A stretch of 64,000 nt of DNA from an uncultured Hyphomicrobiales bacterium (GCA_964472015.1 CAYYIP010000003.1:37957-101956), one strand, 5' to 3'. Positions 1 through 10,746 are shown, counted from the stretch's first letter. The notes: generated from the letters alone by a model not told the origin. A program made the numbers and translations.

Positions 1-49
1 CTAATATATGAATAAAATTAATACTTAAAATAATATGTTTATATATTTT

Positions 50-1555
50 TTATTTATCAATATTAATTGCTTCATTAATATCAATTGTTTCATCATTAGC
101 TATATCTATTAATGCTAAGTAAAAAAGTTTACTTATATCTTCCATTATTTCAGGAACAACTGCTTCTGGTGTATCTCCTATGTCGTGATAATAAGTTTTT
201 TTTACTGCACTAGGAGTTATTGCTGCCATAGATCTATATCCTGCACGTCCAAATACCATTCCATCTGTTCTAGGTCGTCCACCATTATCAGTATATTTAT
301 ATGAATGGAATTTACGATGTATATATTTTTCATTAGCATTTATAAAATGTTGTTCTATTTTAGGATAACTACTAGCGCCCCATACACCTATATCACGTCC
401 ATTGCCAACCATATCAAAATTAAACATACATAATGTTTTATTTTTAGGAAAAATAGGATTTTCTACATAAAAAGTACTTCCTCTTAATCCTGTTTCTTCA
501 GCTCCCAAAAAAATAAATAAAATAGAACGTTTTAAGTCTACTTTTGATTTTGCTAAAGCTTGTGCTATTGCCATTAAATCAACACATCCGGAGGCATTAT
601 CTAAAGCTGATGGAAAGAACGCAGCAGCATTTCCAACACCATCTAAATGAGCACCTAATATTATAATTTCATTTTTTAAAATACTATCTGTGCCTTCTAA
701 TAATCCTAAAACATTACAACAAGTATTATTAGGGAAGTGTTCTGTATTTGCGCTTATTGATATTGTTTTATTTAATAATAAAGATTTAGGTTTTAAGTTT
801 GTTTTTATTTCTTCAATTAATTTTTCCCTATTTTTTTGTGTGCCTAAAAAAAGTTCGTCCACTGCATTAGCTTTCATATAGCAATATATAAAATCTTTAT
901 TATAAGGTAATGATGGATTAGCTAATTTTGCAACAAATATTAATCCAATTGCGCCATGATTTATAGCATTTTGTAACTTTGAAGTAGTAGACGAATGTAA
1001 AGACCATTTTGTATAATCTTTGTGATTAGAATTTACAGGGATTTCCATTTCTATTAGAACTATTTTATTTTTCACATCTATTCCTGCATAATCGTCATAA
1101 TTTAATTCCGGCGCAGTAATTCCATATCCTACCCAAATGGCTGGTGCAGTAATTTTACCTGTACACGATGAAGAACCGGGGAAATAATCTTCTGGGAATT
1201 TATATTCTTTTTGAATTGAATCTTTATTTAATTTAAAGTTTACAGCTAAACTTCCTGCATCTAATATTTTAGTCCATTCATGAGGAAAAGTTTGAAACCA
1301 AGATGTATCGTTTATTGCAGGTTTTAACCCCCAACTTTTAAGACTATCAACTATATAATTAGCTGCTTTCATATATCCCGGCGCACCCGCACGACGTCCT
1401 TCCCATTCAGGTTTGCATAAAATTTCTACAAATGATTGTATTTCATTTGAAGAAATTGAATGAAATCCATTCAATATTAAAGAATCATTATCTTGTGCTT
1501 TTAGAGTAATAGATAAGATAAAATAAAATATGGCTATTATATAATTTTGCTTCAT
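50..1555 (-). CDS. M28 family zinc peptidase (aminopeptidase with PA-like insert), secreted
   Basis: N-terminal signal peptide (MKQNYIIAIFYFILSITLKAQ). The M28 zinc-ligand region LGAHLDGVGN...DNASGCVDLMAIAQ and ...NFDMVGNG match the M28 peptidase fold. Confidence 0.7.
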   Translation of the reverse strand: MKQNYIIAIFYFILSITLKAQDNDSLILNGFHSISSNEIQSFVEILCKPEWEGRRAGAPGYMKAANYIVDSLKSWGLKPAINDTSWFQTFPHEWTKILDAGSLAVNFKLNKDSIQKEYKFPEDYFPGSSSCTGKITAPAIWVGYGITAPELNYDDYAGIDVKNKIVLIEMEIPVNSNHKDYTKWSLHSSTTSKLQNAINHGAIGLIFVAKLANPSLPYNKDFIYCYMKANAVDELFLGTQKNREKLIEEIKTNLKPKSLLLNKTISISANTEHFPNNTCCNVLGLLEGTDSILKNEIIILGAHLDGVGNAAAFFPSALDNASGCVDLMAIAQALAKSKVDLKRSILFIFLGAEETGLRGSTFYVENPIFPKNKTLCMFNFDMVGNGRDIGVWGASSYPKIEQHFINANEKYIHRKFHSYKYTDNGGRPRTDGMVFGRAGYRSMAAITPSAVKKTYYHDIGDTPEAVVPEIMEDISKLFYLALIDIANDETIDINEAINIDK

Positions 1556-1644
1556 TATTTTTTTGTTTAAATTTTTATTAAGAAATAAGTTAGTTTAATT
1601 TTTATATATAAAGTTTTATATATGTCTTATATTTTTAGTTGTAT

Positions 1645-2949
1645 TTAAAATCCATTTTTTTGCCATTTTTCTTTATATTTAAAGTTAATAGAATTATCTA
1701 ATATTACTAAATTTTCTTTTAACAAATGTAGATTTATAAATGTTTTGTTTTTTAAATATAAATATACCATTAAATGATTTTTATCATCGTATTTAATATT
1801 ACTATCATATTTAATAAAAACTTTTTTTCCTTTTAATTTGTTATCTAAGAAGTTAATTGCATCTTGGTATTTATCAGGAATTTGTTTAATTCCTATTAAT
1901 TTTATTGTTAAATTATTATTTAATTCTATTAGTTCAGGTGAAATAATTTTTTTTATAGTATAAAACAATTCTAAATTTTGAGGTTTCTTATTATCTATTT
2001 TAGAACCGTATTGTTTTGTTTTTATATCTATTTTTTTATTTAATTTATGAAAATCAATAAACTTATATGGTAATTTATTAATTTTTTCTTTGAAATCAAT
2101 ATTTGCTAAGTTTTGTTTTTTTATAATTATACTAGAATTATCAAAAATATCATTTTTATTTAGCTTTTCTTGTATTATTTTTATGAAATTTGAATTTATT
2201 TCATAACCAACAGAATTTCTTAAAAGTTTTTTTGCAGCAATAGACGTTGTCCCACTTCCCAAAAAAGGATCTAATACTGTTTCATTAGTAAAAGAAAACA
2301 TTTTTATTAATCTAATAGGTAATTCTTCAGGAAACATTGCTATATGTTTATTTTGTTTTGTGCCAGGGAAATACCAATGTCCATTAAAATAAGTATTCCA
2401 TTCGTCTTTTGCTATTTTTGATTCTTCTTTTTGTAATTCTGTAGGATTAGGAGCAACACCATGTTTTTTGAATAATAAAATATATTCAAAATCTAATTTT
2501 ATAATTCCATTACGTGGATATGGATAACTTCCCATAATAGTTGCACCACCCGTCGTATTCATTGTTGTAGCTTTTTTCCATATAATTTGTCCCATAAAAT
2601 CCATCCCTAATGTTTCGCAAAATCTTATTATTTCCGAATGAATTGGTATTACTTTATATCGACCATAATAAGTTGTTCTAGCAAATTGATCACCTATATT
2701 TATACATAAACGGCATCCATCTTTTAATACTCTAAAACATTCTTGCCAAGTTAAGTTTAAATAGTTTATATATTCTTCATAACTATCATTAAATCCTATC
2801 TGGTTATTATTTTCATAATCTTTTAATTGCCAATATGGTGGTGATGTAATGATTAAATGAATACTTTTAGATTCTATTTCACTCATATTTCTACTATCAC
2901 CGTTAATAATTATATGTTTTGTATTATTATTTATTTTATACTTATTCAT
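1645..2949 (-). CDS. DNA methyltransferase (beta-class N6-adenine/N4-cytosine, SPPY motif) with C-terminal SNase-like domain
   Basis: Motif IV IITSPPYWQLKDY near the N-terminus and motif I FDPFLGSGTTSIAAKKL downstream give the beta-class circular permutation. The C-terminal ~130 aa (TIKLIGIKQIPDK...KNHLMVYLYL...NLHLLKENLVILD) resembles a staphylococcal-nuclease-like fold. Confidence 0.75.
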   Translation of the reverse strand: MNKYKINNNTKHIIINGDSRNMSEIESKSIHLIITSPPYWQLKDYENNNQIGFNDSYEEYINYLNLTWQECFRVLKDGCRLCINIGDQFARTTYYGRYKVIPIHSEIIRFCETLGMDFMGQIIWKKATTMNTTGGATIMGSYPYPRNGIIKLDFEYILLFKKHGVAPNPTELQKEESKIAKDEWNTYFNGHWYFPGTKQNKHIAMFPEELPIRLIKMFSFTNETVLDPFLGSGTTSIAAKKLLRNSVGYEINSNFIKIIQEKLNKNDIFDNSSIIIKKQNLANIDFKEKINKLPYKFIDFHKLNKKIDIKTKQYGSKIDNKKPQNLELFYTIKKIISPELIELNNNLTIKLIGIKQIPDKYQDAINFLDNKLKGKKVFIKYDSNIKYDDKNHLMVYLYLKNKTFINLHLLKENLVILDNSINFKYKEKWQKNGF

Positions 2950-2951
2950 TT

Positions 2952-4016
2952 TTATTTTATTGGATGTTCTATTATTCCACCACCTATTAATTCATTATTA
3001 TCATATAAAACCACTGACTGCCCACAAGTTACTGCTTTACGTGGTTCTGTAAATTTAATTATTAATTTATTGTCTGCTATTTTACAATGTGCAGGTTTTC
3101 CATAATCTTTATATCTTATTTTAACTACATATTCTTTTTCTTCAAATGTATCTAAATTATCTTTAAATAAATTAATTGAATTTGCTATAAGTCCTGTACT
3201 ATATAATTTTTTTTCTATATCTACTATTATTTGTTTTGTGGTAGCATTTATTTCTTTAACATATAAAGGTTCTGAATACGAAAGTCCAATACCTCGCCTT
3301 TGTCCAATTGTATATTTGTAATATCCAGTGTGTTTTCCTATTTTTTTATTGTTAAATATAAAATCACCCGAAGTAATGTTTTTTATTTGCTCTGTTTTTG
3401 TTTTTATATTTTCTAAAAAATTACAATAATCATTATTTGGAATAAAACAAATATCTTGCGAATCACTTTTTTCAAAAGATGGTAAATTATTATTTAATGC
3501 AATATCTCTAACTTCTTGTTTAGAATTTATTTCCGAAAGCGGAAATATTGTTCTACTCAAAAAATTTTGAGGTAATTTCCAAAGCATATATGATTGATCT
3601 TTATTAATATCATTACTACAAATAATCGAGTAACGATTTGTTTTTTTATAATATTTTATAGACGCATAATGGCCAGTAGCTATATGTTTTATATTTAATT
3701 TATCAGCTTCTTTTATAATATAAGCCCATTTTATCTTATGATTACATAAAACACAAGGATTAGGTGTTCTGCCATTAATATATTCATTATAAAAATTTTC
3801 TAATATTATATTTTTAAAGTCCGTAGTTGCATCTATAACAATATGTTTAATATTAAAAAAATCACAAACTTTTTTTGCATCTTCAATTGCTTGGTTTGAA
3901 TAAGTATGCATTTTTATAGTACAAGCTATTACTTCATAGTTGAGTTTTTGTAGAAGTAAAGCTGCAACTGCCGAATCAATACCGCCTGATAAAGCTAATA
4001 ATATTTTTTCCTTCAT
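2952..4016 (-). CDS. mnmA: tRNA-specific 2-thiouridylase MnmA
   Basis: PP-loop LALSGGIDSAVAA, conserved Cys pair and overall MnmA length. Abuts the methyltransferase gene at 2949/2952. Confidence 0.9.
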   Translation of the reverse strand: MKEKILLALSGGIDSAVAALLLQKLNYEVIACTIKMHTYSNQAIEDAKKVCDFFNIKHIVIDATTDFKNIILENFYNEYINGRTPNPCVLCNHKIKWAYIIKEADKLNIKHIATGHYASIKYYKKTNRYSIICSNDINKDQSYMLWKLPQNFLSRTIFPLSEINSKQEVRDIALNNNLPSFEKSDSQDICFIPNNDYCNFLENIKTKTEQIKNITSGDFIFNNKKIGKHTGYYKYTIGQRRGIGLSYSEPLYVKEINATTKQIIVDIEKKLYSTGLIANSINLFKDNLDTFEEKEYVVKIRYKDYGKPAHCKIADNKLIIKFTEPRKAVTCGQSVVLYDNNELIGGGIIEHPIK

Positions 4017-4128
4017 TTTTTTATTAATCTAAACTAAACCAAACTAATATTACATAATATTATATGTTTATATTTATGTATTATTTATAAAATAACAAAA
4101 ATAAACATAATTATATTATTTATTATCA

Positions 4129-5823
4129 TTATTTTGTTATTATTTCTTTTTGTTTTAATAGATTTTTTAGTTTTTTTTCAACAAAAACTTCTTTTTTGTT
4201 AAAAGGGTTTTCTTTTGTATAATACATTAGTGTGGAATAAGTTGATGGCGTAGGAGTAAATATCTGTACTTGTTCTGGTAATATATTAATTTTTTTTGAA
4301 AAGAATTTTTTCATTTTTTTCATATCTTCCAAAGTACATCCAGGATGTCCTGCCATTAAATAGTAAGTAAGAAATTGTTTTTTATTATTTTCTTTTGAAA
4401 TTTTTTTAAATTTTTCATAAAATGTTTGTAAGTCACTTAATGGTTTTGCCATTAATTCAAGTACTTGTTTTTCTATATGTTCAGGTGCAATTTTCATTTG
4501 TCCACTAATGCAATTTGAAACAATATAATTTAAATAATTATTTCCATTTATTTTATCTTTCATTATTAAGTCATATCTAATACCAGACGTAACAAATATT
4601 TTATGAATATTTGGTATTTTTAATATATTTTTTAATAGTTTTAAATGTGCTTTATGATTTATTTCTCTATTTTTACAAAGTTCAGGTGTTAGACATCTTT
4701 TATTTTTACAGCTTCCATATTTTTCTTGTTGATTGCAATGCATTTTATACATATTTGCACTTGCTCCACCAACATCATAAATAATACCTTTGAAATTTTT
4801 ATCTTTTGCAAATTTATTTGCTTCTTTTAATATAGATGATTCTGATCTTGAACGAATTGTTTTGCCAAAATGTACTGCTATTGCACAAAAATTGCATTCT
4901 CCAAAACAACCTCTATGAGATGTTATTGAAAATTTTGTTGTATCTAAAGCTTTTATTTTACCTTCTTTATTATATATAGGATGAGCTTTATTCTCATATT
5001 CATAATTATAAACTTTATCTAATTCTTCAGTGCTTAAATAATAATTAGGCGGATTTTGAACTAAAACTCTATTATTTACAGTTTGAATGAGTCTTTTTGA
5101 ATTTAATGGATCATTATTGTTATAAAAAGTATTAAACAATTCAATAAACTTATTTTTGTTAATTGTAACTTCTTCATGGGAGGGTAATAAAATAGAGTTT
5201 TCTTTTAATGTTTCAATTTCTTTTTGACTTATAGTATAACATATACCACGTTGTGTTTCTATAGATTGATTATTTTTTATTTTTTCTGCTAGTTCTATAA
5301 TTGTTTTTTCACCTTCACCATATACCAATATATCAGCTTTAGAATCAAGTAAGATAGAACGTCTTAAAGAATTTTCCCAATAATCATAATGAGTAATGCG
5401 TCTTAAACTTGCTTCTATTCCACCTATAATTATAGGAACTTTTTTATCATAATATTGTTTTATAAGGTTAACATATCTTATAATAGCTCTATCCGGACGT
5501 TTATTATTAATACTTCCAGCTGTTAGAGCATCATTTTTCCTCTTTTTCTTTAATGCGGTATAGTTTGCTACCATCGAATCCATAGAACCACTGCTAATTC
5601 CCCAAAATAATTTTGGATTTCCAAATTTCATTATATCTATATCAGAATTTATAATAGGCTGTGGTATTATAGCAACTTTATAGCCTTTTTCTAATAAACA
5701 TTTTCCTATAATAGCAATTCCATTAAAACTATTATCTATATAAGCGTCACCACTTACTAATATGATATCAAGGTCGGTCCAATTTAATTGTTTTAATTCT
5801 TCTTTGGTTGCAGGGATAAACAC
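4129..5823 (-). CDS. YgiQ family radical SAM protein (UPF0313)
   Basis: CFGECNFCAI radical-SAM CxxxCxxC motif. The N-terminal B12-binding-like region and length are typical of the YgiQ family. Confidence 0.8.
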   Translation of the reverse strand: MFIPATKEELKQLNWTDLDIILVSGDAYIDNSFNGIAIIGKCLLEKGYKVAIIPQPIINSDIDIMKFGNPKLFWGISSGSMDSMVANYTALKKKRKNDALTAGSINNKRPDRAIIRYVNLIKQYYDKKVPIIIGGIEASLRRITHYDYWENSLRRSILLDSKADILVYGEGEKTIIELAEKIKNNQSIETQRGICYTISQKEIETLKENSILLPSHEEVTINKNKFIELFNTFYNNNDPLNSKRLIQTVNNRVLVQNPPNYYLSTEELDKVYNYEYENKAHPIYNKEGKIKALDTTKFSITSHRGCFGECNFCAIAVHFGKTIRSRSESSILKEANKFAKDKNFKGIIYDVGGASANMYKMHCNQQEKYGSCKNKRCLTPELCKNREINHKAHLKLLKNILKIPNIHKIFVTSGIRYDLIMKDKINGNNYLNYIVSNCISGQMKIAPEHIEKQVLELMAKPLSDLQTFYEKFKKISKENNKKQFLTYYLMAGHPGCTLEDMKKMKKFFSKKINILPEQVQIFTPTPSTYSTLMYYTKENPFNKKEVFVEKKLKNLLKQKEIITK

Positions 5824-5836
5824 AAAAGTTCCTATT

Positions 5837-6733
5837 TTATATTTTTTGTCTTTTTATAATATATTTCATTAAAGCTTTATCAAATGGTGTATCAGTAGAA
5901 ATTAAGTTATAATCTACTTTATGATGAATACATTCCGTTTGTAATTTTTTTATAAAGTTTTGTATTATTTGACTGTATGCCGCTTTTAATTGATGTGGCT
6001 GTGTTATAAGTTGTTCACCTGTTTCTAAATCTATAAAATTAGCAGCATTACCAAAATTAAAATCTATTTCTCTTGGATCAAGAATATGAAATAATAATAC
6101 TTCGTGTTTTTTATGACGTAAATGTCTTAACGCGTCTATAATAGAGGACATATTGTCAAAAAAGTCGCTGAATATTATTACTAAACTTCTACGTTTTATT
6201 CTTTCTGCCAAAACTTCTACTGAATTAGCAATACCTGTTGTATTATTAGGAGTTGCATTTTCTAAAGTTGATAATATTTGACTAATATATGATAATCTAG
6301 AGTTAGGAGGAAGAAATGTTTGTATTTGATTATTGTATAAAGTTAAACCTACTGCATCCCTTTGTTTTAACATTAACATAGTTAGTGCAGCAGATAAATA
6401 GCAAGAATATTCAAATTTAGAAAGTCGTTTATTTGATGAAAACCCCATAGAGGCGCTAGTATCAATAGCTATCATTGAACGCAAATTAGTTTCTTCTTCA
6501 AATTCTTTTATATAATAACGGGCTGTTCTAGCATAAACACGCCAATCTATAAATTTAATCTCATCACCAGGACGATATTGTCTATGTTGTGAAAATTCTA
6601 CACTAAATCCATGATAAGGAGAACGATGAAGGCCAGTTATGAAACCTTCTACAATTAGTTTTGCTTTTAATTCTATATTTCCTATTTTTGCAATTGTATC
6701 AGGATTTAAGTATTTTCTATGTTCGTTTATCAT
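5837..6733 (-). CDS. DUF58 domain protein (vWA-like, MoxR-associated family)
   Basis: The region LRSMIAIDTSASMGF is a vWA/MIDAS-like DxSxS, and length and composition are typical of DUF58. Confidence 0.7.
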   Translation of the reverse strand: MINEHRKYLNPDTIAKIGNIELKAKLIVEGFITGLHRSPYHGFSVEFSQHRQYRPGDEIKFIDWRVYARTARYYIKEFEEETNLRSMIAIDTSASMGFSSNKRLSKFEYSCYLSAALTMLMLKQRDAVGLTLYNNQIQTFLPPNSRLSYISQILSTLENATPNNTTGIANSVEVLAERIKRRSLVIIFSDFFDNMSSIIDALRHLRHKKHEVLLFHILDPREIDFNFGNAANFIDLETGEQLITQPHQLKAAYSQIIQNFIKKLQTECIHHKVDYNLISTDTPFDKALMKYIIKRQKI

Positions 6734-6926
6734 ATTATTAAATATTAAAATATCCTATATGTTATATTATAGGATATTTTAATTAAATTAGTTTTTATGT
6801 TTTATATTTTTATTTTATAATAGTGAAATTGCTATAATACTTTTCTATAATACTTACAATTATATATGTATATCTTATGTAAAACAAAGATAATAAATTC
6901 TATTTGATAAATTATTAACTATTAAA

Positions 6927-7472
6927 TTAAGAAATAATAATTTTCTTTTCTGTAATATTTAATAAATGATTATTATATCTTATTAAGACAAATAAGTAAT
7001 CAGAAAGTCTATTTAGATATTTTAATGAATCTTCTGTTAATTTTTCCTGTTCATTAACTGTAACAGCAATTCTTTCAGCACGTCTACAAATTGTTCTGGC
7101 ATTATTTAAAAAAGCTGCAAATTTATTTGTATAAGTGTTAATAAAATTTTTTAAATCAGTTAATTCTTTATAATATTTATCTATTTTATTTTCTAAATTT
7201 TCTATATGTTTATTATTTATTCTAACTAATTTATTTATATTTACATCTAATGGAGTAGCAAAGTCTGCCCCAAGAATAAATAATTCTTCGGTTATTTTTG
7301 TTACTTCATCTTTTAATTCATTAGGTGCATCAAATTGCAAAGCAATGGATAATACAGAATTTAACTCATCTATTGTTCCATATAGTTCAACTCTTGGTGA
7401 ATTTTTATAAACTATTTTTCCACCTATTAAAGAAGTAGTCCCTTTGTCGCCAGTTTTAGTGTATATTTTCAT
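6927..7472 (-). CDS. ATP:cob(I)alamin adenosyltransferase, PduO-type
   Basis: N-terminus MKIYTKTGDKGTTSL is the hallmark of PduO/MMAB-type adenosyltransferases; length ~180 aa. Confidence 0.75.
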   Translation of the reverse strand: MKIYTKTGDKGTTSLIGGKIVYKNSPRVELYGTIDELNSVLSIALQFDAPNELKDEVTKITEELFILGADFATPLDVNINKLVRINNKHIENLENKIDKYYKELTDLKNFINTYTNKFAAFLNNARTICRRAERIAVTVNEQEKLTEDSLKYLNRLSDYLFVLIRYNNHLLNITEKKIIIS

Positions 7473-7504
7473 AAAATTTATTATAATATAATGATTAACT
7501 AAGT

Positions 7505-8224
7505 TTATTTATTTTTTCTTTCTATTACACGTCCATATGCAGATAGTTCGATAAATTCTTCGTCAGGATGTTCTAAATAAATTTTAATTTTAGCTTGTAT
7601 ATGTCCTTTATTTTCTGGTGTTATTGAAGTTTCTAAATTAAAACTTTCATCTGATTTTATTATATCACCTTCTTTTAGGTTAATATTTATATTATCTTGA
7701 GTTTTTTCTATTGATTTTATTTTAGCATCAACTTTTGAAGTATTTTTTATAATAGTAGTTGTATGTCCTAATTCACCTACATATAATTTATCAAAACTTA
7801 TATAACGAGGTATAATTACAAAAGGACGTATTACATTACATTTTAATAAATATACTAACTTTTGATTTTCTGTATCATTTGTTAATATAGAAACACTTTT
7901 TGTTATTTCTCCATTAAAAGTCTTGATGTTTAAATCTACTGTAATCTTAGCAGTATCTCCTGGTTTTATATTATTTGAATATCCCGGTATAGTAGTGCAA
8001 CCACACCCTGGTTTTATATCTAATATTTTTAATGTATCAGTTCCAATATTTTTAATAAAAATGGTTGTTGTTAAATCAACTTGATAATGAACATCGCCCC
8101 AATTTTTTTCTTTGTTTATTAATAAAGCCTTTGGTTGCGCGCTAGATTTATAACATATAATAACTAATAATGTTATAATAATAAATAGTTTGTTATAGTT
8201 ATAAAAAATATTTTTCTTTTTCAT
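7505..8224 (-). CDS. DUF1573 domain secreted protein
   Basis: Signal peptide, and a KPGCGCTT motif characteristic of DUF1573, a family restricted to Bacteroidota. Confidence 0.6.
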   Translation of the reverse strand: MKKKNIFYNYNKLFIIITLLVIICYKSSAQPKALLINKEKNWGDVHYQVDLTTTIFIKNIGTDTLKILDIKPGCGCTTIPGYSNNIKPGDTAKITVDLNIKTFNGEITKSVSILTNDTENQKLVYLLKCNVIRPFVIIPRYISFDKLYVGELGHTTTIIKNTSKVDAKIKSIEKTQDNININLKEGDIIKSDESFNLETSITPENKGHIQAKIKIYLEHPDEEFIELSAYGRVIERKNK

Positions 8225-8491
8225 ATTGTATTAATTTATATATTTTATATTTAAAACTATATAAGTTTATAATATTACTATTTAAACTATATTTACTAAA
8301 TTACAATATTATTTATTAAAATAAAAATAATATTTTTAATAAAAACATCGTTTTATATGTTATTAAATTTATTAATATATTAAAAATATATATGTATAAA
8401 CAATATTAATAATTATGATTTTACATAAAAAATTCGTATATTTGTCCATATAATTAGTGAAATTATTGAAAAAATATAATGGATTATTATT

Positions 8492-10003
8492 ATGGCGTCA
8501 GCGTCTAAATCTCCAAGTGTATTATTTGTAGCTTCTGAAGCTTATCCTTATTCTAAAGAAACTGGCGTAGCAGATGTTGCTTCTTCTTTACCAATAGCTA
8601 TACGTAATTTAGGTTGCGATATACGTGTTATGGTACCTAAATATGGTTGTACTTCTTCTAATAGAAATAAAATTCATGATATTAATCGTTTAAAAAATAT
8701 TCCCATTATTTCTAGTAGTAATCCATTAGGAGAAAATTCTGAAGAAGTATTAACAACAAAATCATCATCATTAGTTAGCTCTAAAACAAAAGTTCAAGTT
8801 TATATCGCTACAAATAACAAATTTTTTGATAGTCGTAATGGTATTTATCACGATCCTGTAAAATGGATAGAATATCCAGATAATTTAGAACGTTTTGTTT
8901 TTTTCTGTAGAAGTATTGTAGAGACGTGTTTTACTTTGGGATGGTTCCCTGATATTATTCATTGTAATGATTGGCAAACTGCTTTAGTACCAGTCTTTAT
9001 TCGTTATTTTTATCCTTCAAAATTTAAAAAAACTAAGTCTCTATTAACTATACATAATATTACAAATCAAGGGAAATTCCCATTATCTAAGTTTGAGTTA
9101 CTTGGCTTACCAGAAGAAGCAAAAGAAGCTTTTAATTATCAAAAAAGTTTAAATATTCTTAAAGCAGGTATAACTTATGCTAATTACATAACAACTGTAA
9201 GCAAAACATACTTAAAAGAAATATTAGAAGATAAGAATTTAACACAAGGTTTATCAAATTTATTGAAAAAAAGGTCAGATCGTATTACGGGAATTAAAAA
9301 TGGTATTGATACTTTATCCTGGAATCCTCGTAAAGATGAATTAATTCCAGTACGACTAACAGATGATTTTGAGGCTTATAAAGATGGTAATAAGATGGCA
9401 CTTTGTGATAAATGTGCTATAAAATATGATAAAAATATTCCTATTATTGGAATGATAACGAATTTAAGTGAACAAAAAGGAATAAACCTTGTTATAGATG
9501 CAATTCCTGAATTAGTAAAAAATAAATTACAACTTATAATTTTAGGACAAGGAAGTGCAGATATTAAGAATAAATTAATTAAACTCCAACAAAAATATAA
9601 TAAAAATTTACACATAAGTTTTGCGTTTGATGATTATTTTGCTCGCCTTCTTGAAGCTGGTTCTGATATATATCTAATGCCATCTCAATACGAAGCTTGT
9701 GGTTTAAATCTTTTTTATTCATTTACTTATGGAACAGTCCCTGTTGTAAATTTAACTGGTGGTATTAAAGATAGTGCTATTCCTTATGTTGAGAATTCTG
9801 ATAATTCAAAAGCTAATAGTATTGCTATGAAAGATTTTTCTGTTAAAAGTTTATTAGATGCAATAAAAAAAGCAAATAATTTATTTTTAAATAAGACAGA
9901 ATGGAATAAACTTATTAAAAATGGAATGGAAGGAGATTATTCTTGGGATATTTCTGCAAGAACTTATGTAGATATCTATAAGAGAATAAGTAAGGAAGAT
10001 TAA
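8492..10003 (+). CDS. glgA: glycogen (starch) synthase GlgA
   Basis: N-terminus LFVASEAYPYSKETGVADV matches the GT5 glycogen synthase ADP-Glc binding start. The C-terminal GT-B region is present (EACGLN). Confidence 0.8.
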   Translation: MASASKSPSVLFVASEAYPYSKETGVADVASSLPIAIRNLGCDIRVMVPKYGCTSSNRNKIHDINRLKNIPIISSSNPLGENSEEVLTTKSSSLVSSKTKVQVYIATNNKFFDSRNGIYHDPVKWIEYPDNLERFVFFCRSIVETCFTLGWFPDIIHCNDWQTALVPVFIRYFYPSKFKKTKSLLTIHNITNQGKFPLSKFELLGLPEEAKEAFNYQKSLNILKAGITYANYITTVSKTYLKEILEDKNLTQGLSNLLKKRSDRITGIKNGIDTLSWNPRKDELIPVRLTDDFEAYKDGNKMALCDKCAIKYDKNIPIIGMITNLSEQKGINLVIDAIPELVKNKLQLIILGQGSADIKNKLIKLQQKYNKNLHISFAFDDYFARLLEAGSDIYLMPSQYEACGLNLFYSFTYGTVPVVNLTGGIKDSAIPYVENSDNSKANSIAMKDFSVKSLLDAIKKANNLFLNKTEWNKLIKNGMEGDYSWDISARTYVDIYKRISKED

Positions 10004-10746
10004 TGCAATTTTATACATTTTTTCCAAAAGAATATGACGATATGCAAACTGATTTTTTTGATGATGCTATCGTTATTATGATTGATGTATTAAGAGCAAG
10101 TACAACGATATGTGCTTCTTTTTTTAATGGGACAAAAGAAGTAATTCCATTTGTTTCACCAAAGGAAGCATATAACTATTATCTAAATAGAGAAGATAAA
10201 GAAAATTATATTTTGTCAGGTGAAATAAATTTAGAATTACCAAAGGGGTTTATGCTTGGAAATTCACCAAATGAAAATAAAAAAGATATTGTACAAAATA
10301 AAAGTATTATCTTGACAACTTCAAACGGAACTAAAATATTTAAAACTGCAACAAGTGCTTTATATAGAATAATTGGCTCTTTTGTTAATATAGATGCTGT
10401 TGTAAGTTTTATAATTAAAAACGTAGAGAAAAAATATATAAAAAAAATTGTATTATTGTGTGCAGGTGAAAAAGGATTATTATGTTTAGAAGATATATTA
10501 TGTGCTGGTATGTTTATTTATAAACTTGTACCTAATTATAATAATAATTCATTTTCTGATACTGCAAAACTTGCTGTGGATTTTTTTAATTTTAATAAAA
10601 ATAATTTTAAAGATATATTAGAGAATGCTCAACATTCTAAAGAATTATATAACTTAGGATTTAAAAATGACATTCTATTTGCGGGTACATTAAATAAATG
10701 TCCGGTTATTCCTTTTGTTAATAAACATAATATTATTTCTTTATAA
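10003..10746 (+). CDS. 2-phosphosulfolactate phosphatase family protein (ComB-like)
   Basis: IDVLRASTT motif typical of the ComB family. The start overlaps the glgA stop by 1 nt (TAATG), suggesting translational coupling. Confidence 0.7.
   Translation: MQFYTFFPKEYDDMQTDFFDDAIVIMIDVLRASTTICASFFNGTKEVIPFVSPKEAYNYYLNREDKENYILSGEINLELPKGFMLGNSPNENKKDIVQNKSIILTTSNGTKIFKTATSALYRIIGSFVNIDAVVSFIIKNVEKKYIKKIVLLCAGEKGLLCLEDILCAGMFIYKLVPNYNNNSFSDTAKLAVDFFNFNKNNFKDILENAQHSKELYNLGFKNDILFAGTLNKCPVIPFVNKHNIISL

Noticed and set aside
690-881. Small ORFs nested antisense or in alternate frames within well-supported genes (690-881, 2857-3105, 9376-9615, 11920-12228, 14859-15050, 16284-16469, 29607-29917, 30170-30361, 31813-32001, 33229-33435, 48691-48939, 49915-50160, 54483-54839, 57225-57455, 60659-60922, 63444-63638)
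   Set aside because: All are embedded in longer ORFs with clear homology-type motifs. Their translations are low-complexity and they lack RBS context. These are the frame artefacts expected in AT-rich DNA.
5837-6733. DUF58 gene as part of a MoxR/Bat aerotolerance operon
   Set aside because: No MoxR AAA+ ATPase or BatA/BatB vWA genes are adjacent; its neighbours are the YgiQ radical SAM gene and an adenosyltransferase. An operon assignment is not supported within this window.
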